From Lophium mytilinum (taxonomy: Eukaryota), in contig MU004186.1 of the NCBI GenBank assembly GCA_010093605.1, positions 761,765 through 825,764 on the forward strand: a stretch of 64,000 nucleotides of DNA. Reading direction: 5' to 3'. Of this stretch, positions 50,102-62,498 are shown in pieces. The number at the start of each line of letters is the position of its first letter. The stretch's first letter is position 1. Made by a program: the position numbers and the translations under genes. The notes beneath the pieces were generated by a model. It saw only the letters and a list, made by a program, of their open reading frames with translations. It was not told the origin of the DNA and did no database searches.

Positions 50102-50914
50102 TAACCAAAGAGTAGATTGCGTGCATGTTAAGACAAAGATTCGCGAGAAGCGCACGGGGAATCCGTCGCCATTGTTCAACTGTACCTTGCAGGGTTGGCG
50201 TAGAGACTACTAGAACCCGTTTTCTAGGGTTATCAGGCCTCAAATATACCTTTTCATACTATGTGGCTTCCGGATACGAAATATGATTCATGCCTTGATG
50301 CCTCTTAAGTATCATGTATAGTGATAGAACAGAAATGTGGTTGAAACGAGATGCAAATGTCCCGAAATGCACCTGATTTCCCGACCTGCAATCAAGTAGA
50401 ATAACACTTTGCTTTCATATCAGGATGGCTTGAGTATCTAATTAGTATAGACGCTTCTGACGTGTGAAATCTGACGTGACGAATGTTCTACAAATGAAGG
50501 ATGAAGAAGGCGGAAATTGAACAACGTGCAATTCGACCGAATCCATTCGGGTGATAATAGTCTTTCTTGGAGCTAAACTGGATGGTTTGACACTGCCTGT
50601 CTTCTAGCTGAACACGATCAGTATCCGAGAACGTCGTCTAGGAGGGGAAGGATCTGCTTTTTGAGCCTTCACGGAAATCATGTGGTCTGTGCTTCGCGCC
50701 CCTGGCCGATGCTAGGGGCAGTCCGCAGCCTGGCAGCACAGCACTTCGTCTTACTCTGCGCTTTCCACGACGATTAGTACTCTGTCTTTCTATCTTTTCC
50801 ATCACTTGAAGACTCTTATAACTGCTTTTGCGAGTGTGTCCTAGAAGCCTGGCTTTCACACACGCTCGGTAATGCTCTGTCGATGAATCTCTCTTCGTAC
50901 AGCCTTGCTTCAAC

Positions 50915-52174
50915 ATGACAGATTGCAAGATTACTGAGGCTGGGGACTTCATCATCAACATCACTCAGCCGCAACAAAAAGCGGTCCTTCAAGCCAAGGA
51001 TTGTTTAAAGCCGCCACAGATCCAGATCGAAAGCCGCTCATTGAACTTGAAGCGGGCTATGCGAGAGCTGGTGTGCCGCGGTGATGAGGTGGAGATGAAA
51101 ACACGATCGCATGCCATCGATCGACAGCTCGAATTAGATGCATGGGAGTTGATTATGGAACGTAGAGTCCTCCTCCTCGGTAGCAAGAGCAGTGGTAAAG
51201 ACGTGATTCTCAAACAGATGAGGATTCTACATCCGAGCGGAGACACTAGGGAAGAGCTGGAATCGCATCGGATCACTATCTACAAGAATCTCATCGACTC
51301 TGCGAAAGCTCTGGTCGGAGCTATGGATCAACTGAACATAATCCCAGACACGGAGAAAACTCGAAAGCATTTAACTTTCTTGAAAAATTTGAAATTCTAC
51401 GCTGATCCACAGAAGCCCTTGGGAACCGAAGTCGGCGAATCTATTAGCGCTCTGTGGAATGATCCGTGTACTGCAAGGTTGATGGAGCACTCGACCGGTT
51501 TCTTTCTCTTAGATTCAGCACCATAGTCAGTCACCAAAGCTTTTCTATGGACATTGCTGTGACTCACAACTTGTAGTCTTTTTCATGAAGCCCGTCGAGT
51601 TGCTAGCCCTTATTACATCCCAAGCGAGGAAGATGTATTCCGCGCTGGAAGAAAAGTAACCGGGTACCATGAGACTCGCATTGCAATGGACCAATTGAGT
51701 ATACGTATTTTCGATCTCGTGGATCCAAGGACAGTCAAAAGAAAGTTGATGCCCTACTTCAAGGACTTCACAGCTGTTATCTTCGTAGTGGACCTGGCAT
51801 GCTATGACCAAAGTATACTCGGAGACTCATCGTATAGCGAGTTGATGAACGACTTGATATATTTCGACTCAGTCGTGAACTCCCGCTGGTTCGATGGCCC
51901 CTCGATGATACTTTTCCTCAATAACGTGGACAAATTCAAGGAGAAGCTGGGGAGAAGTCCACTTTCAAATTACTTTCCGGATTACAACAGTGGAAACGAC
52001 GCAAGCAAAGCCAAAAAATTTATTCTCTCCCGCTTCGACCAAATTAGTCGCGGTCGTCTCAACGTGTACTCCCATTTCACCCAACCTATGGACACATCTA
52101 GCATACGGCAAGTGTTTGCGGCCGTGAGAGAGACCTTGCTTAATCACGTGCCGGTACCTAGTGGGAAACTTTGA
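50915..52174 (+). CDS. Divergent heterotrimeric G-protein alpha subunit (group III Gpa2/GanB/Gna3-derived) with degenerate GTPase motifs, 2 exons
   Basis: VLLLGSKSSGKDVILKQMRILH, TIYKNLIDSAKAL, FFLLDSAP/YLF (intron 51526-51576 keeps frame), FDSVVNSRWF, ILFLNNVDKFKEKLGRSPLSNYFPDY and VFAAVRETLL. Start codon is uncertain. Confidence 0.85.
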
Positions 52175-52802
52175 AAAATATGCCTCTGCTCGAGGTTCTC
52201 CAGAGAGGCTCATTCGACTTCTAATGAGAGCCCCGACTCTTCATTGGTCTATGTGATCTGGACAAACGCTGCTTTCTGACGTACCTGAATATCATCAGAT
52301 CGAGCAATCTATGTTTACTGATATGGGAAGCAAAGCAAAGGACTCTTCGTTTCTTTACTTGAAGCGGACGTCCTTCCAATCTTTTACTCGGCAATCTTGG
52401 TCTATTTGATCACGTGTAAGCCTACACACCTCATAAATTGGATAAAAGACATGGGAAAAATACTGCGTCTCTTCAAACACACAGCATCCATAACTTGATG
52501 AGCGTTGGAGTAGCGCATCACTTGAAAGGCGCGATATGGAGCGAAGTGATGTTTTGCCGCCAGGAGAACTCGGGGGTAAGCCATTCACCTTAGGAGTCCC
52601 TCGGAAAACCACGGCTACCCAATCCATATAAGCCATTACATCATCCATGACTGAACCGCATCATTGATAGGTCGCAAGACTGGCCTGCGAAAACAAATTT
52701 CTCTTACACTTCATGCCATTATACCTCGAGTGGGGCCCCCTATCAAGCTTCCCTGCGCCGCGGACTGTCTACAACTAGAATCGCGGCTGCTGCTCTCGCG
52801 TT

Positions 52803-54691
52803 ATGGACGAAGAGCAGACAATGAGACAGATCATCCGCCGTCTGCAAAGACGTGTCGAAAATTTGGAGCGGGACCAAGACGAAGCATTGGAGCGGCTTGC
52901 TGTTGTTGCAGCCGACCTCCATGAAGTCAAATGGACGCTTAACGTATGTTCAACTCGGAATAATTACTAGTAAATCCATAACTCATCAAGAGAACCTAGG
53001 ACTCCTTCCGAGCTTTAGGAGAGCTCGTCTCCAACCGACCGTCATCCCCACCTGCAATCACTCCAGAGCCCGCCCCGGAGCCCGTTGCTGCGCCTGCGCT
53101 CGAATCCAGCCCTGTAAACCCCGCCAGACCTGCTCATGAAAACACTCCCACTCCGAATGTAGAGGCTACTCAGGTCGAAGGTCCAGTAGCGCCAGAGATT
53201 GTGACCACTGCTCGCTTTGGGATAGACGCGATCGCGACTAGTGGGGTTGCAACGAAGAGCAACGCATCGACTACTTCTTCACCGAGCCCACCTTTCCTTA
53301 AGCAAGAGGAATCGAGCAATGACCAAGCTGCGGAGGCCATCACGATCTCATCGGATGAGGACCTTCCTCAGGAGGCAGAGGCGGTAGTACCTGAGCCTTC
53401 ACGCCGTCGTCGCTTTAGTCTAGCCAAGTTTGGGACCCATAGTCCGTCTTCGCCACGGGATGACTACCATGATTCTCGAGGTCTAGAGGGGGACTATACT
53501 GATTCCATTCACTACGACACCTATGAGGCGACTGCTAAACTTGAGAAGGCTTCCCCTGAAGAACCTCAAGCCGTCGCATCTTCTAGTCGAGTCACTACCA
53601 AAGCGCCAATCCCTCGTAGCACAGGCGGTCTCACTCCGCCTAGAAACAAGCGAGCTTACATGAGTAGGCTGGAGAACTACGAAATAATCATGCAGGTGGA
53701 GCAAGACGACTGGCGCGAGTACCACTGCTTCATGTGCGGAGGAAACGGCCGTAAGACAGCTGCCAGTCCAGACTTCCAGTTTCTCAAGGGCATCATCGGC
53801 ATCCGAAATCACTTGCGGGACGTCCATTCCATTCGGCTCAACACGAAAGAAGCTATGGAACAGTGTCTCCTCCGGAAGTGGCCGCTGCATGAAATAGAGT
53901 CTCTCGTCAAAGGAAGTCCGGATGCTCGTGCAGTGTCTCTTAGGGATTGTGCTGAGTTTGAAGTCCCACTGGCGGACAACCCGTTCCTCGTTCAGCAGTC
54001 TCCTACCAAGACGATCGTCACCGGGTCTACCGCTGGCGTTCGCAATCACGCTGTCGCCACTGAAGCTTCTACCGGACAGAACACATTAGGTGATGACCGC
54101 ATCGAGATTCCAGAGTGGCTGGGCTGCATCATTCCATGCGCAGACGGCACTTACGCCGAGCTTAGATGTGCTATCTGCGGTGCAAATACTAGACCGAAGG
54201 CGGGTCCCAGCGATGAACCCTTCTACTTCAAAGGAATCCATGGCCTCAGGTACCATCTGGAAAAGGAACACCGCCTCTTTGCTCCTACGACTGCGGCGAA
54301 TAACTGGGTCGTTAAGTTGTGTGCAAGACGTGTTGTCCCGGAAGAGCAAGTGATGGAATTGGTTGCAAACGGCAAAGCGGCGGCCGCAAAGACTAGTAAG
54401 AAGCTTGCAGTATCGTGTTGCGACTGTTTGCTAATATATAGAAGTCCCGCATAAGATGATGCCAACGGCGTCAGAGCAGAGGGAACCGGGAAATGTTCGC
54501 GCTGGTGGTAAGTGCCCATCTTAAGTGCAGACTGTACGGTCTGGGGCTAACGACGAGAAGGGCGCGATACGCCTCGGTCGCAGTTGTCCGGTCGCAAGAG
54601 AGCTGTAGGTGAGCAAGAAGGCTTTAGTAATTCTAGGAGCCGTGGCAAACGCCCCCGCGACTACAGGGGAGGAGAAGCTTCCCAGCCATGA
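52803..54691 (+). CDS. Hypothetical nuclear protein: N-terminal coiled coil, two atypical C2H2-like zinc-binding repeats and a basic C-terminal NLS-like segment, 4 exons
   Basis: Exon 1 MDEEQTMRQIIRRLQRRVENLERDQDEALERL, intron ~52944-52999. Repeats CFMCGGN...FLKGIIGIRNHLRDVH and CAICGAN...YFKGIHGLRYHLEKEH. Two further frame-preserving introns, then GRKR...RGKRPR. Confidence 0.65.
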
Positions 54692-55240
54692 TCGTCAATC
54701 TGACGGTCATGTTGCTCCTACGCGTTCAGTATCAAAATCAAGGAACCTACCTCAACCTTGACATTGCTAAAGCACTATCTTTCTGCAGTGGTCAAGACGA
54801 CCACCACGCACACTACCAGCAGTCACATAAACCTTCAAAACAGCATTCCCAAAATGCACAATCTATATTCTTTAACTTCCTCACTTATTCCTTTGCGTCT
54901 TTAGTACTACGCCCCAGCCTAAACCTTAGCTCTCTACACCCCCTTCGCTTTCATCCTCTATCACACCCTAACATAAGCCTATGCACGCTCTCTTATCACT
55001 ACTTGGGCTGTCTCCATAGGCTTCCAAGATCCCAAACGAAACGTAAAATTCAACATCCAGGAAACTAAGCTGCCTCTGTTCCCCCAGTACCCGTAGCTAG
55101 GCTACTGCTACTAGTAGAATCGAGCAAGCAAAAGCTAAACTTGAACACAACGATATAAGAGCCCTCAATTAAACGCCCTGTTATTGTAATCTCTCCACCG
55201 TCAACGTCGACGACGTCGATGCCAACGACACAAACCACAA

Positions 55241-55885
55241 TCATTCCGAACCTCCCATCTCCTCCACTGGCAGTACCGTCGTCATCGGCAACACAGGTGT
55301 CAGTGATACCCGCATCGTCTGTCTCAGCGGTAGTGCCTTTGTTCCGCCCTTCGCCGGTGACGCCGTCACGGTAATCGTCGTCACTCGGCTCGAGTGTGGA
55401 GGCGTGAAGACGATCGGCAGTCCACCGACTCTCTCACTAGTCGCGACCCCGGATCCCGGATCAGGGTCCGCGGAGGGCGGCGGGTCGTGAACTGTTGTTG
55501 TAGAGATTGCCGTGATGGTTGCGGTGGTGATCATCGTTGGATTTGAAGGTGTGGTGAAGGTGGATATGGGTGTAGGCGTGGGCTTGGGCGAGTGCTTTGT
55601 GCGTAGTCCGATTGCAACGCTGGTAATCGTTACGACGGTGAACAAGAGGAAGACGGTTAGTGCGATGTGGGCTTTGCGGCGGCGGGCGTGGATGGCGGGG
55701 ATGGTGGGAATATAGGGGCGGTAGGGAAGAGGTGGGAATGGGGGCGGAGGCGGACCAGGATAGGGCGGTGGTGATTTGTTGTCGTCGGGGATTGTGATAG
55801 TTTCGAAGGTTGAAGTATGGGAGTAAGGGTCTAAATGGTATGAGGGAGTTGGGTAGGCTAGATAAGTTGGTGGGTTGGGACTCAT
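55241..55885 (-). CDS. Hypothetical single-pass membrane protein with a PPxY motif and Thr/Pro-rich tail
   Basis: SPPPYPGPPPPP, then RRRK, a TM helix (IALTVFLLFTVVTITSVAIGL) and a Thr-rich segment. Confidence 0.6.
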   Translation of the reverse strand: MSPNPPTYLAYPTPSYHLDPYSHTSTFETITIPDDNKSPPPYPGPPPPPFPPLPYRPYIPTIPAIHARRRKAHIALTVFLLFTVVTITSVAIGLRTKHSPKPTPTPISTFTTPSNPTMITTATITAISTTTVHDPPPSADPDPGSGVATSERVGGLPIVFTPPHSSRVTTITVTASPAKGGTKALPLRQTMRVSLTPVLPMTTVLPVEEMGGSE

Positions 55886-56186
55886 TTTGATAGGAGAGTG
55901 AGGTATCGCTATAGTTGACTGATTCCCTCTGCTGTTACTAATGAGATATGCGGGGATGTCTGGAGACTGGAGTAGGTTTTTTCTGGATATGAGGATAACA
56001 GAAACTGGTCATACAACGCGAGTAAGGTGGTATATTGTGAAGCCGATAGTAGTGTACTTCCAATCGCAAGAGAAACAAAGAGACAAAGTACCTAAACTTG
56101 CGTCATTGGTTCAAGCTAGATACCTTCAAACAAAGAGAAAATTTGACACCCAGAAAAAAGCTTACTGGGCCTTAGGCTGTACTAAG

Positions 56187-56762
56187 CTAAAGTCTAACAA
56201 ACTGCCAGGCAGTCGAATCAGACTCCCAGTCTTCAACCACGGCCAGCTTCTCTGAACCATTCTCCACCTTGATTCCAACCGGACGAAGGTCGTTCCAAAG
56301 TAGCATAATCCAGTTGTCATAATGCGTCATGAGCAGGAGGTATCCTCCCTCCGGCTTCTGTCTTACGGAGAAGTTCTCCCAGATATTTTGCCCGCTGGCT
56401 GTGCAGCAAAGCTCCTCGTTCTTATCGTAACCCAAGAACATGCCCGACGCAGGATCCTGAAATCCAAGCCAACCTTTGTTTTCAACACACCGCCAGCGAG
56501 TCATGCTGTGACTGCCCAGTGGACCCAATACAATCCGTCCCTGCTGAAATGTAATCACCTTTCCTGTCGCTACTGACTGGATGAGGAAGGACGAGCCAGG
56601 ACTCGGGACTGAGGAGTCAAGCGGCGATTGAACATTGTCCCCCTTGTCCAATCTGTCACTAGCGCTCCGGGATGTCGTGGAAGGCGTATAGACTGTCGCA
56701 TACTCGGAGTCGGGAGAGGACGCGGCGTCGACTTGGTTCAGGGCCATGATTCGTATGCCCAC
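56187..56762 (-). CDS. Hypothetical fungal protein, possibly beta-trefoil (fascin/ricin-like)
   Basis: Repeating beta-strand pattern FLIQSVATGKVI...WRCVENKGWLGFQDPASGMFLGYD...WENFSVRQKPEGGYLL. Probable ATG at MALNQ. Confidence 0.55.
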   Translation of the reverse strand: MGIRIMALNQVDAASSPDSEYATVYTPSTTSRSASDRLDKGDNVQSPLDSSVPSPGSSFLIQSVATGKVITFQQGRIVLGPLGSHSMTRWRCVENKGWLGFQDPASGMFLGYDKNEELCCTASGQNIWENFSVRQKPEGGYLLLMTHYDNWIMLLWNDLRPVGIKVENGSEKLAVVEDWESDSTAWQFVRL

Positions 56763-57449
56763 TTGTTCAACGACCGCAGGATCGTGAGTTGTAGTGGTTC
56801 GTCGATAAGTGCTGCTTTGTTAGTGCGCTCTTCTAAACAATAATAGGGAGACAAGACTGACAAGGTAGTAGTTTCGGGCTCGATAAGGCCACTTTCCAAG
56901 CGTAGAAAAGTGCGGGGAAAGAGGATGCCAGCTGCTGATTGTTCTTGTGGCACGGGGGTGCTGTGCCACCCAAGGGTGGACGTTAGTCTGCTCTACTTCA
57001 GCCTTCACCTAAGCTAGATCAACCCAACGAAAAATAGCGAATCTCAAAATCTCCTTTTGAGTAGCCTTAGAATATGTACTAGTCCATATTTATGACATGT
57101 ACTGAATCATTGCGCAGCCTTGATCATTCGAAATCTTCAGCAAAGATACTGATACGTCGTGGCGCCCTGAACCTTTATAGATTGACTCAGCTATCATAGA
57201 TAGCACGAAACATCCTCTTCTCTGCTCTCATTATCTCTAAGAACTTTCCATCCATCAAGCCATGGATATAGCCTTCGCCAATATATCGAAACCTTTCTTG
57301 CAGAGCTCGATCGTGTTCTATGATGAGACTCTAGAAGTGTCGTCGGGTTTCGTTTGTGCTGGAATGGACGTGAGGCTCTGGGAAGACTACTTTAGATGAT
57401 GTTTCTTCGAGTTTCCTTGTGCTATCGTCTTCGGGGACTTTTTTTTCTT

Positions 57450-59115
57450 CACATGTACACTTGAGGCCAAGTTCGAAGCAGGTCGCAGGACACGAAATAC
57501 CTGCGAACCCGCCCGGGAGTACACCTAGTCACCAGGACGGGCGCTTTCTGGTACTAACCCCATAAATCCGCTCTTAGTGATGGCAAGTTCTCGTCCCACA
57601 CAAGCTACATTGAGTGCAATGAGATGTTGGTCATCGTCGGCGATAGTGCTTTGGTTATCCGGCTAGATCATAGAGAAACCTCGCCCCACTGGATCTCCAT
57701 TCTCGTGCCTCAAGTCGGCGACGATGGTTCTCATGAATGCTTCCTTGATTGTATCGCCGGTAAAGTAGGCTGCGGAGCCGTTTTTCGAGGTCCAAGAAGT
57801 CTTGACGATCGAAATCAGCGTCGGCTCTGTGGCGACTGAGGATACGTCTTCAATGCGATCGAATTCCGCGCCCTGTAGTACGAGAACATCGTCTGCCGAT
57901 GAATATAAGAATCGACTGGAGAGTGGACCAGCGATGTCTTGGAGACTCTTGCCGCTGGCTAAATAAGCTGTTCCTGCTAAGGTTTCTCCTCCTGCTTGCA
58001 TAATAGGTAAAATTTTTGATGAAAGGGATTTGTACGCTGTCTTTCCGAAGTCCGAAACCCAAGATGGTAAATTCAGGGTCTCCAGACTGGCAGCAAAGCC
58101 CTAAGACGTCGAGTAGATTGACCCAGAAGCTATCATTGTCGAGGCAAGCGCTACGACCTCCCTATAGAGTTCGGCCACCGTTTTAGTATAATCAGGCTTC
58201 AATTCCCGAGCTAAAGATTGATCGGCCGCAAGATGTAGAACCGCATAAACCCTGTCTCGTGGGTCTGTAGCATTATAGTAGCGGAAATTCTGGAGTAGAT
58301 CTATGAGCCCCATCTTGTAGGTAGCATGGTTGGTCCGACGGGTTTTGATGACATAGAATTTGAAAACGCTGTTCAGCTCGTTTCTGAAGTTGATGAGCTC
58401 CTCGGAATGTCTGAAGGCAGGCCCGAGAATAACGGCCCCAAGAAACATAGCATCTCAGATCATCCATGTATCGCCGCACATGAATGGTATCTTTTGTCGT
58501 CGTAGCCTCCTGGACAACCCATAGTCTGCTCCACCAATGTCGTCTGAAAAGAGCTACGAGAGCTTTCAGCGCTCTATCAGATGCAAGAATACCCGGAAGA
58601 CAACTTTGCGCAGTTGCAGAGATGGCATCTTCCCAAGATTGCTCTTGGTTGTAGTACTCTTTGAAGAGATTGATAATTTCTAGAAGTTTAGCCATCGGAA
58701 ATCCGCCGTCGTCGTCATGAAAGCCGAGCCAGAGCACGACTCTCTCTGCGTTTTCGTATATGCTCTTCATTCAACGAACCTGACGTCCACGTTCAGTAAC
58801 ATCGTCTTGATTGATGGCGATAGCGTCCATCTATAAAGTCTTTGTCTCGCCTGGGTGTCGGACATGCTTCAATGCGGAGTACAAATTCCGGATAACACTA
58901 AAGGGTCGTCCATTGAGAGTGATTGGTATCTTAATGGACGGGTCGCCCCATGTGTGAGAATAAGCCCAATAGGCCAGAAGCATATCACCGTTGATTAGCT
59001 CTATCGTGCAAGATATATCTTCATTTTGCCCAGGCAGGATAGTGATAACGCGTATGTCCCATGCATGCTCTAGGCGAAGGTATTGGAATGGTCTAGATAG
59101 AGTGTGAGGATCCAA
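57450..59115 (-). pseudogene. HET-domain (HET-6-like heterokaryon incompatibility) pseudogene
   Basis: IRVITILPG, YWAYSHTWGD, NLYSALKHVR, L*MDAIAINQDD..ERGRQVR*MKSIYENAERVVLWLG, WWSRLWVVQE, ATDPRDRVYAVL, LPSWVSDF and GFMGLVP...PGD*. Multiple stops (e.g. 58831, 58771) and frameshifts. Ends are approximate. Confidence 0.88.
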
Positions 59116-60066
59116 GTCGAGCAGAGCAGTTTAAGGGTAATTTAGTGCTGAACACAGAGTGCAAGATGCCATCGAGGCGCTCGAGAACGAAACATCCATG
59201 AACGGACAGAGATTGCTGGAGCAAAGTTGGACTCACAGGAGATCGTCCATGATGCTGTCCTAGAGCGACCCAGCACATCGCCAAATCATAATAGACTATG
59301 GCTGAGACATCTGCAGGTGTGGAGGCAAGGAGTCCGTTGATGGAGGTGAGACGGACGAATGGTTGAACAGGCGGAAACGCGAATTCGCCATTGGCGTGGG
59401 GGCCCAGTGGGCATCAATCACGTGATCAAGTCAATAGTCTTCATTAATAAAATCGCTATATGTATATTTTTCTTCATTACATATATTGTTTCACGAGAGA
59501 TAAATCTGCTGTAGCTAGCAAGAAGGTCAACACTTCTGATCACGTGAGCAGAGCCGCTCCTCAGCAGCAAATAAGCTGAAATCGAATATACATGGTGAGC
59601 CGTAACACTTTAGGCCTCTTCATTTTTAGGTGCCAAATGGCAAACAATACACATCCAACGCCGAACCGAATGCAGCGCTATGCTATACCACCCACGCTAA
59701 ACGCTGAACCGCTAGCTCATATGCATGCTGACAAAAGAAAAGCAACGATCGGTACACTGTACAATATGTACCAGGAGGGTATTTGCAGGTAATGTGTTGC
59801 TGTGGCGGTTCTGTGAATAATAAGTCAGCTCATCCTTCATCCGAGTAGCACGGAGTATCTCAGAGCGCATATTGTCACGTGGAGAAGAGGATGAATCAAA
59901 TATGACTGAAAGGAAGGAAAGCGCCAGGCTTGTATTTTAGATTGAATTTCAGATAGCATGAATTTAACAAAGATATGAGGGAAAGCCGTAAGGCGTGAGA
60001 GTTGACGAAGTAAAATGACCAGAATAGAGAAAAGAAGGAATGAAAAATAAAAGAAAAAGACATGAC

Positions 60067-61770
60067 TTACTGCACTAGAGTTATGCCAATCGAGTCGATC
60101 AAAGCACATTTCTGCTTCTCAATGGCTGGCACATCCTCCATCTTAACCACTGCATTATCGAATAGGATCCTTTGGCCGTAAGCACCCTTCGACTGTTCCC
60201 ACGTAAAGGTCTGTTTCTTCTGATTCTTGTAGACGTATCCAGAGTAGTTGTTTGGATTGTACGTGCGGATGAAACTAGCCCAGTACTGGTGAATATACTG
60301 TCCTGGCTCTGTCTTGCCGGCTATTGTCTTATCGCCCCAGAAAAGGGGGCCTATTTCAGAGACATGCCCCGCAGTACCGACATTCCAGTGATAGTTCCAG
60401 GCATTCTGATTGGCTTTCGCGTATGCACTAGTCATGTTGAGGCCCGGACATAGATAACGAATCGACCCATACAGATCACCTGCTTGTTCCCTCCACCCAT
60501 TTGTTCCAGTGAAGACTGTACGCAGCTTGTCGAGGTCTTTATCAGTCAAGGACGGGAACTGAGATCTAACAAAATCATCAGACTCTGTTTGAGTGGTTAT
60601 CGTCTTGGGGGTGAAGCTGAGTCCGTCATTCGTGTCGTCGCCAAAAATGGTGGGCACTTTGACGAAATGACCGTTCGCAATCTCGTTGTAGGTGTAGTCC
60701 TTGACGAAATCATAGTCGAGAGTGGGTCCCCACAAGTAGATGGGAGGGTTTCGGCCACCAGGAAATGCTATTTTAACCTTTTTGACGGCTTGCTGGAATG
60801 CTGGGGCGTCCATAGTCTGAAGGCAGGCAAGGGTTTTGCAATGGGCTTGCTTGAGGAGCTCTCGGTACATGAACTCGCTGTCCTTTACATCTCTCAGTGC
60901 CGGGAACGATTGCGATTCACCTGCTGCGGCATGGAATAGGTTTGCGTCCGATCCTCCATAAGCGGTGAGCTGAAGAACAACCGAGCCTGCTCCAGCGCTA
61001 GCTCCACCAAGGACAACGTGGTTGGGATCTCCCCCGAACTAAACATTCCTGATTAGACAGCTATTCAAAGGCACTCTGATCAGGAGGAACAGAGAAGGGA
61101 GCACAATGCGAAGATAGGGGATGAGACGTACCTTGCTGATATGGTCCTGGACCCACTTCAACAACTGCCTTTGGTCTTTCAGCCCATTGTTGAGACTGAG
61201 AGATTTGTTTCCGGCAATCTTTTGACTTGCAAGAAATCCATATGGACCGACACGGTAGTTGAAATTGACGAATACCATGCCCATATCTGCCGCTCGGATA
61301 AGTTCAGACCCGTTGTAATTCGAATTGGCATTTGCATTGAATCCGCCTCCTTGAATGAAGACATACACAGGTAGGAGGTTCGAGGTGGATGCGTTGGTGG
61401 GGGCGAATACGTTGGCAAAGAGGCAGTCTTCGGACTCTTTATCAGTGTTTTGGTCCGTCAAATTGAACGACGTGCCAAGACAAACAGGTCCGTACTGAAA
61501 ACAGGTTAGCTATCTCACTTGATTTGGAGGATAGCCAAACAGTACCTTATTAGCATCGACAATGCCCTTAGTAGAGGGAGGATCTCGAGGAGCGGCGAAC
61601 CGGAGGCCGTTTTCACCGGTCACCTGATCGGCGTAGCGTAGGCCGATCCAATGTGTGATGCCATCGTCTTGCTCTTCGCCTTTGTATTTAGAATACCCGA
61701 GGTCAACAAGAGTGTCTACACCGAGTGCCCCCGAAGCTGCAAATGCTGCGAGAAGCAGAAGCGAGCGCAT
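60067..61770 (-). CDS. Secreted type-B carboxylesterase/lipase, 3 exons
   Basis: Signal peptide, VDLGYSKY, SEDCLF, FIQGGG oxyanion loop, NYRVGPYGFL, GLKDQ, FGGDPNHVVLGGASAGA (catalytic Ser), GDDTNDG and AGHVSEI. Confidence 0.9.
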
Positions 61771-62463
61771 GGCCTTGCCAAATCTAGGAGCTATCGGAAA
61801 AGATAAATAGGTGAGGGAAGACGGGAGAGCAATGAAAGTTGAGGGCGTGGAGGTCTAGGATAATGGTGCTTTATCATGAAACTGAGACTGAATGAGGAGA
61901 AAGGATGAACGATGGTAACCTAGGGTTGACGCAGTACTGCATGGCTAAGTATGGTGCGTTGGTTAGAGCTTCACCATATCTATACTTGGCTGTAAGAGAA
62001 CAGATGTCCAACAAAGGCGACAAAGAAAGAAAGCCGAAAGGAAGCCGAAAGGAAGTCGAAGGAGGAGACACGTTTGGTGAAAGAGACAGCGACGCCGCAG
62101 AGGCGTTGCACAAGGAAACAAAGACGGCGAAGAACAGGAAGGGGCACAGCGGCAGTTGAGGCTTATCAGGCGCTTAGGCAGGGATGGGTGTTGGCGAGAC
62201 AGGTCGATTTTGCTGGGCCGGCATGACATGTGCATGCCGTGGGATTGGCCAGGAGAATGCTGGATCGGCGGGTTGAAATTGGGCGTTTCGGGGGCGCAGC
62301 GCTCCTCCAACGGCAGAGGGCAGCGGTGACGCGGACAGCAGTAGCAACACCGGCTGGACCGCAAATACGACGTTAGTGAAGTTTCGCGGGCATGAGCACG
62401 AATTGGCGCGTGAAGATGAGCAAATGCGCCCACGTGCTGGGCCAAGCAGCTAATTTGTGAAAA

Positions 62464-62498
62464 GCCAAGATGACCAAGATGGCCAAGATGGCCAAGGC
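62464..62498. repeat. Short 9-bp tandem repeat (GGCCAAGAT, about 4 copies)
   Basis: gccaagat gaccaagat ggccaagat ggccaagg, in the divergent intergenic region between the esterase and flavoprotein genes. Confidence 0.7.

Noticed and set aside
59417..59548. Two ATCACGTGA palindromes (bHLH E-box-like)
   Set aside because: Short motifs between a pseudogene 5' end and a gene 3' end; cannot be distinguished from chance without conservation data.
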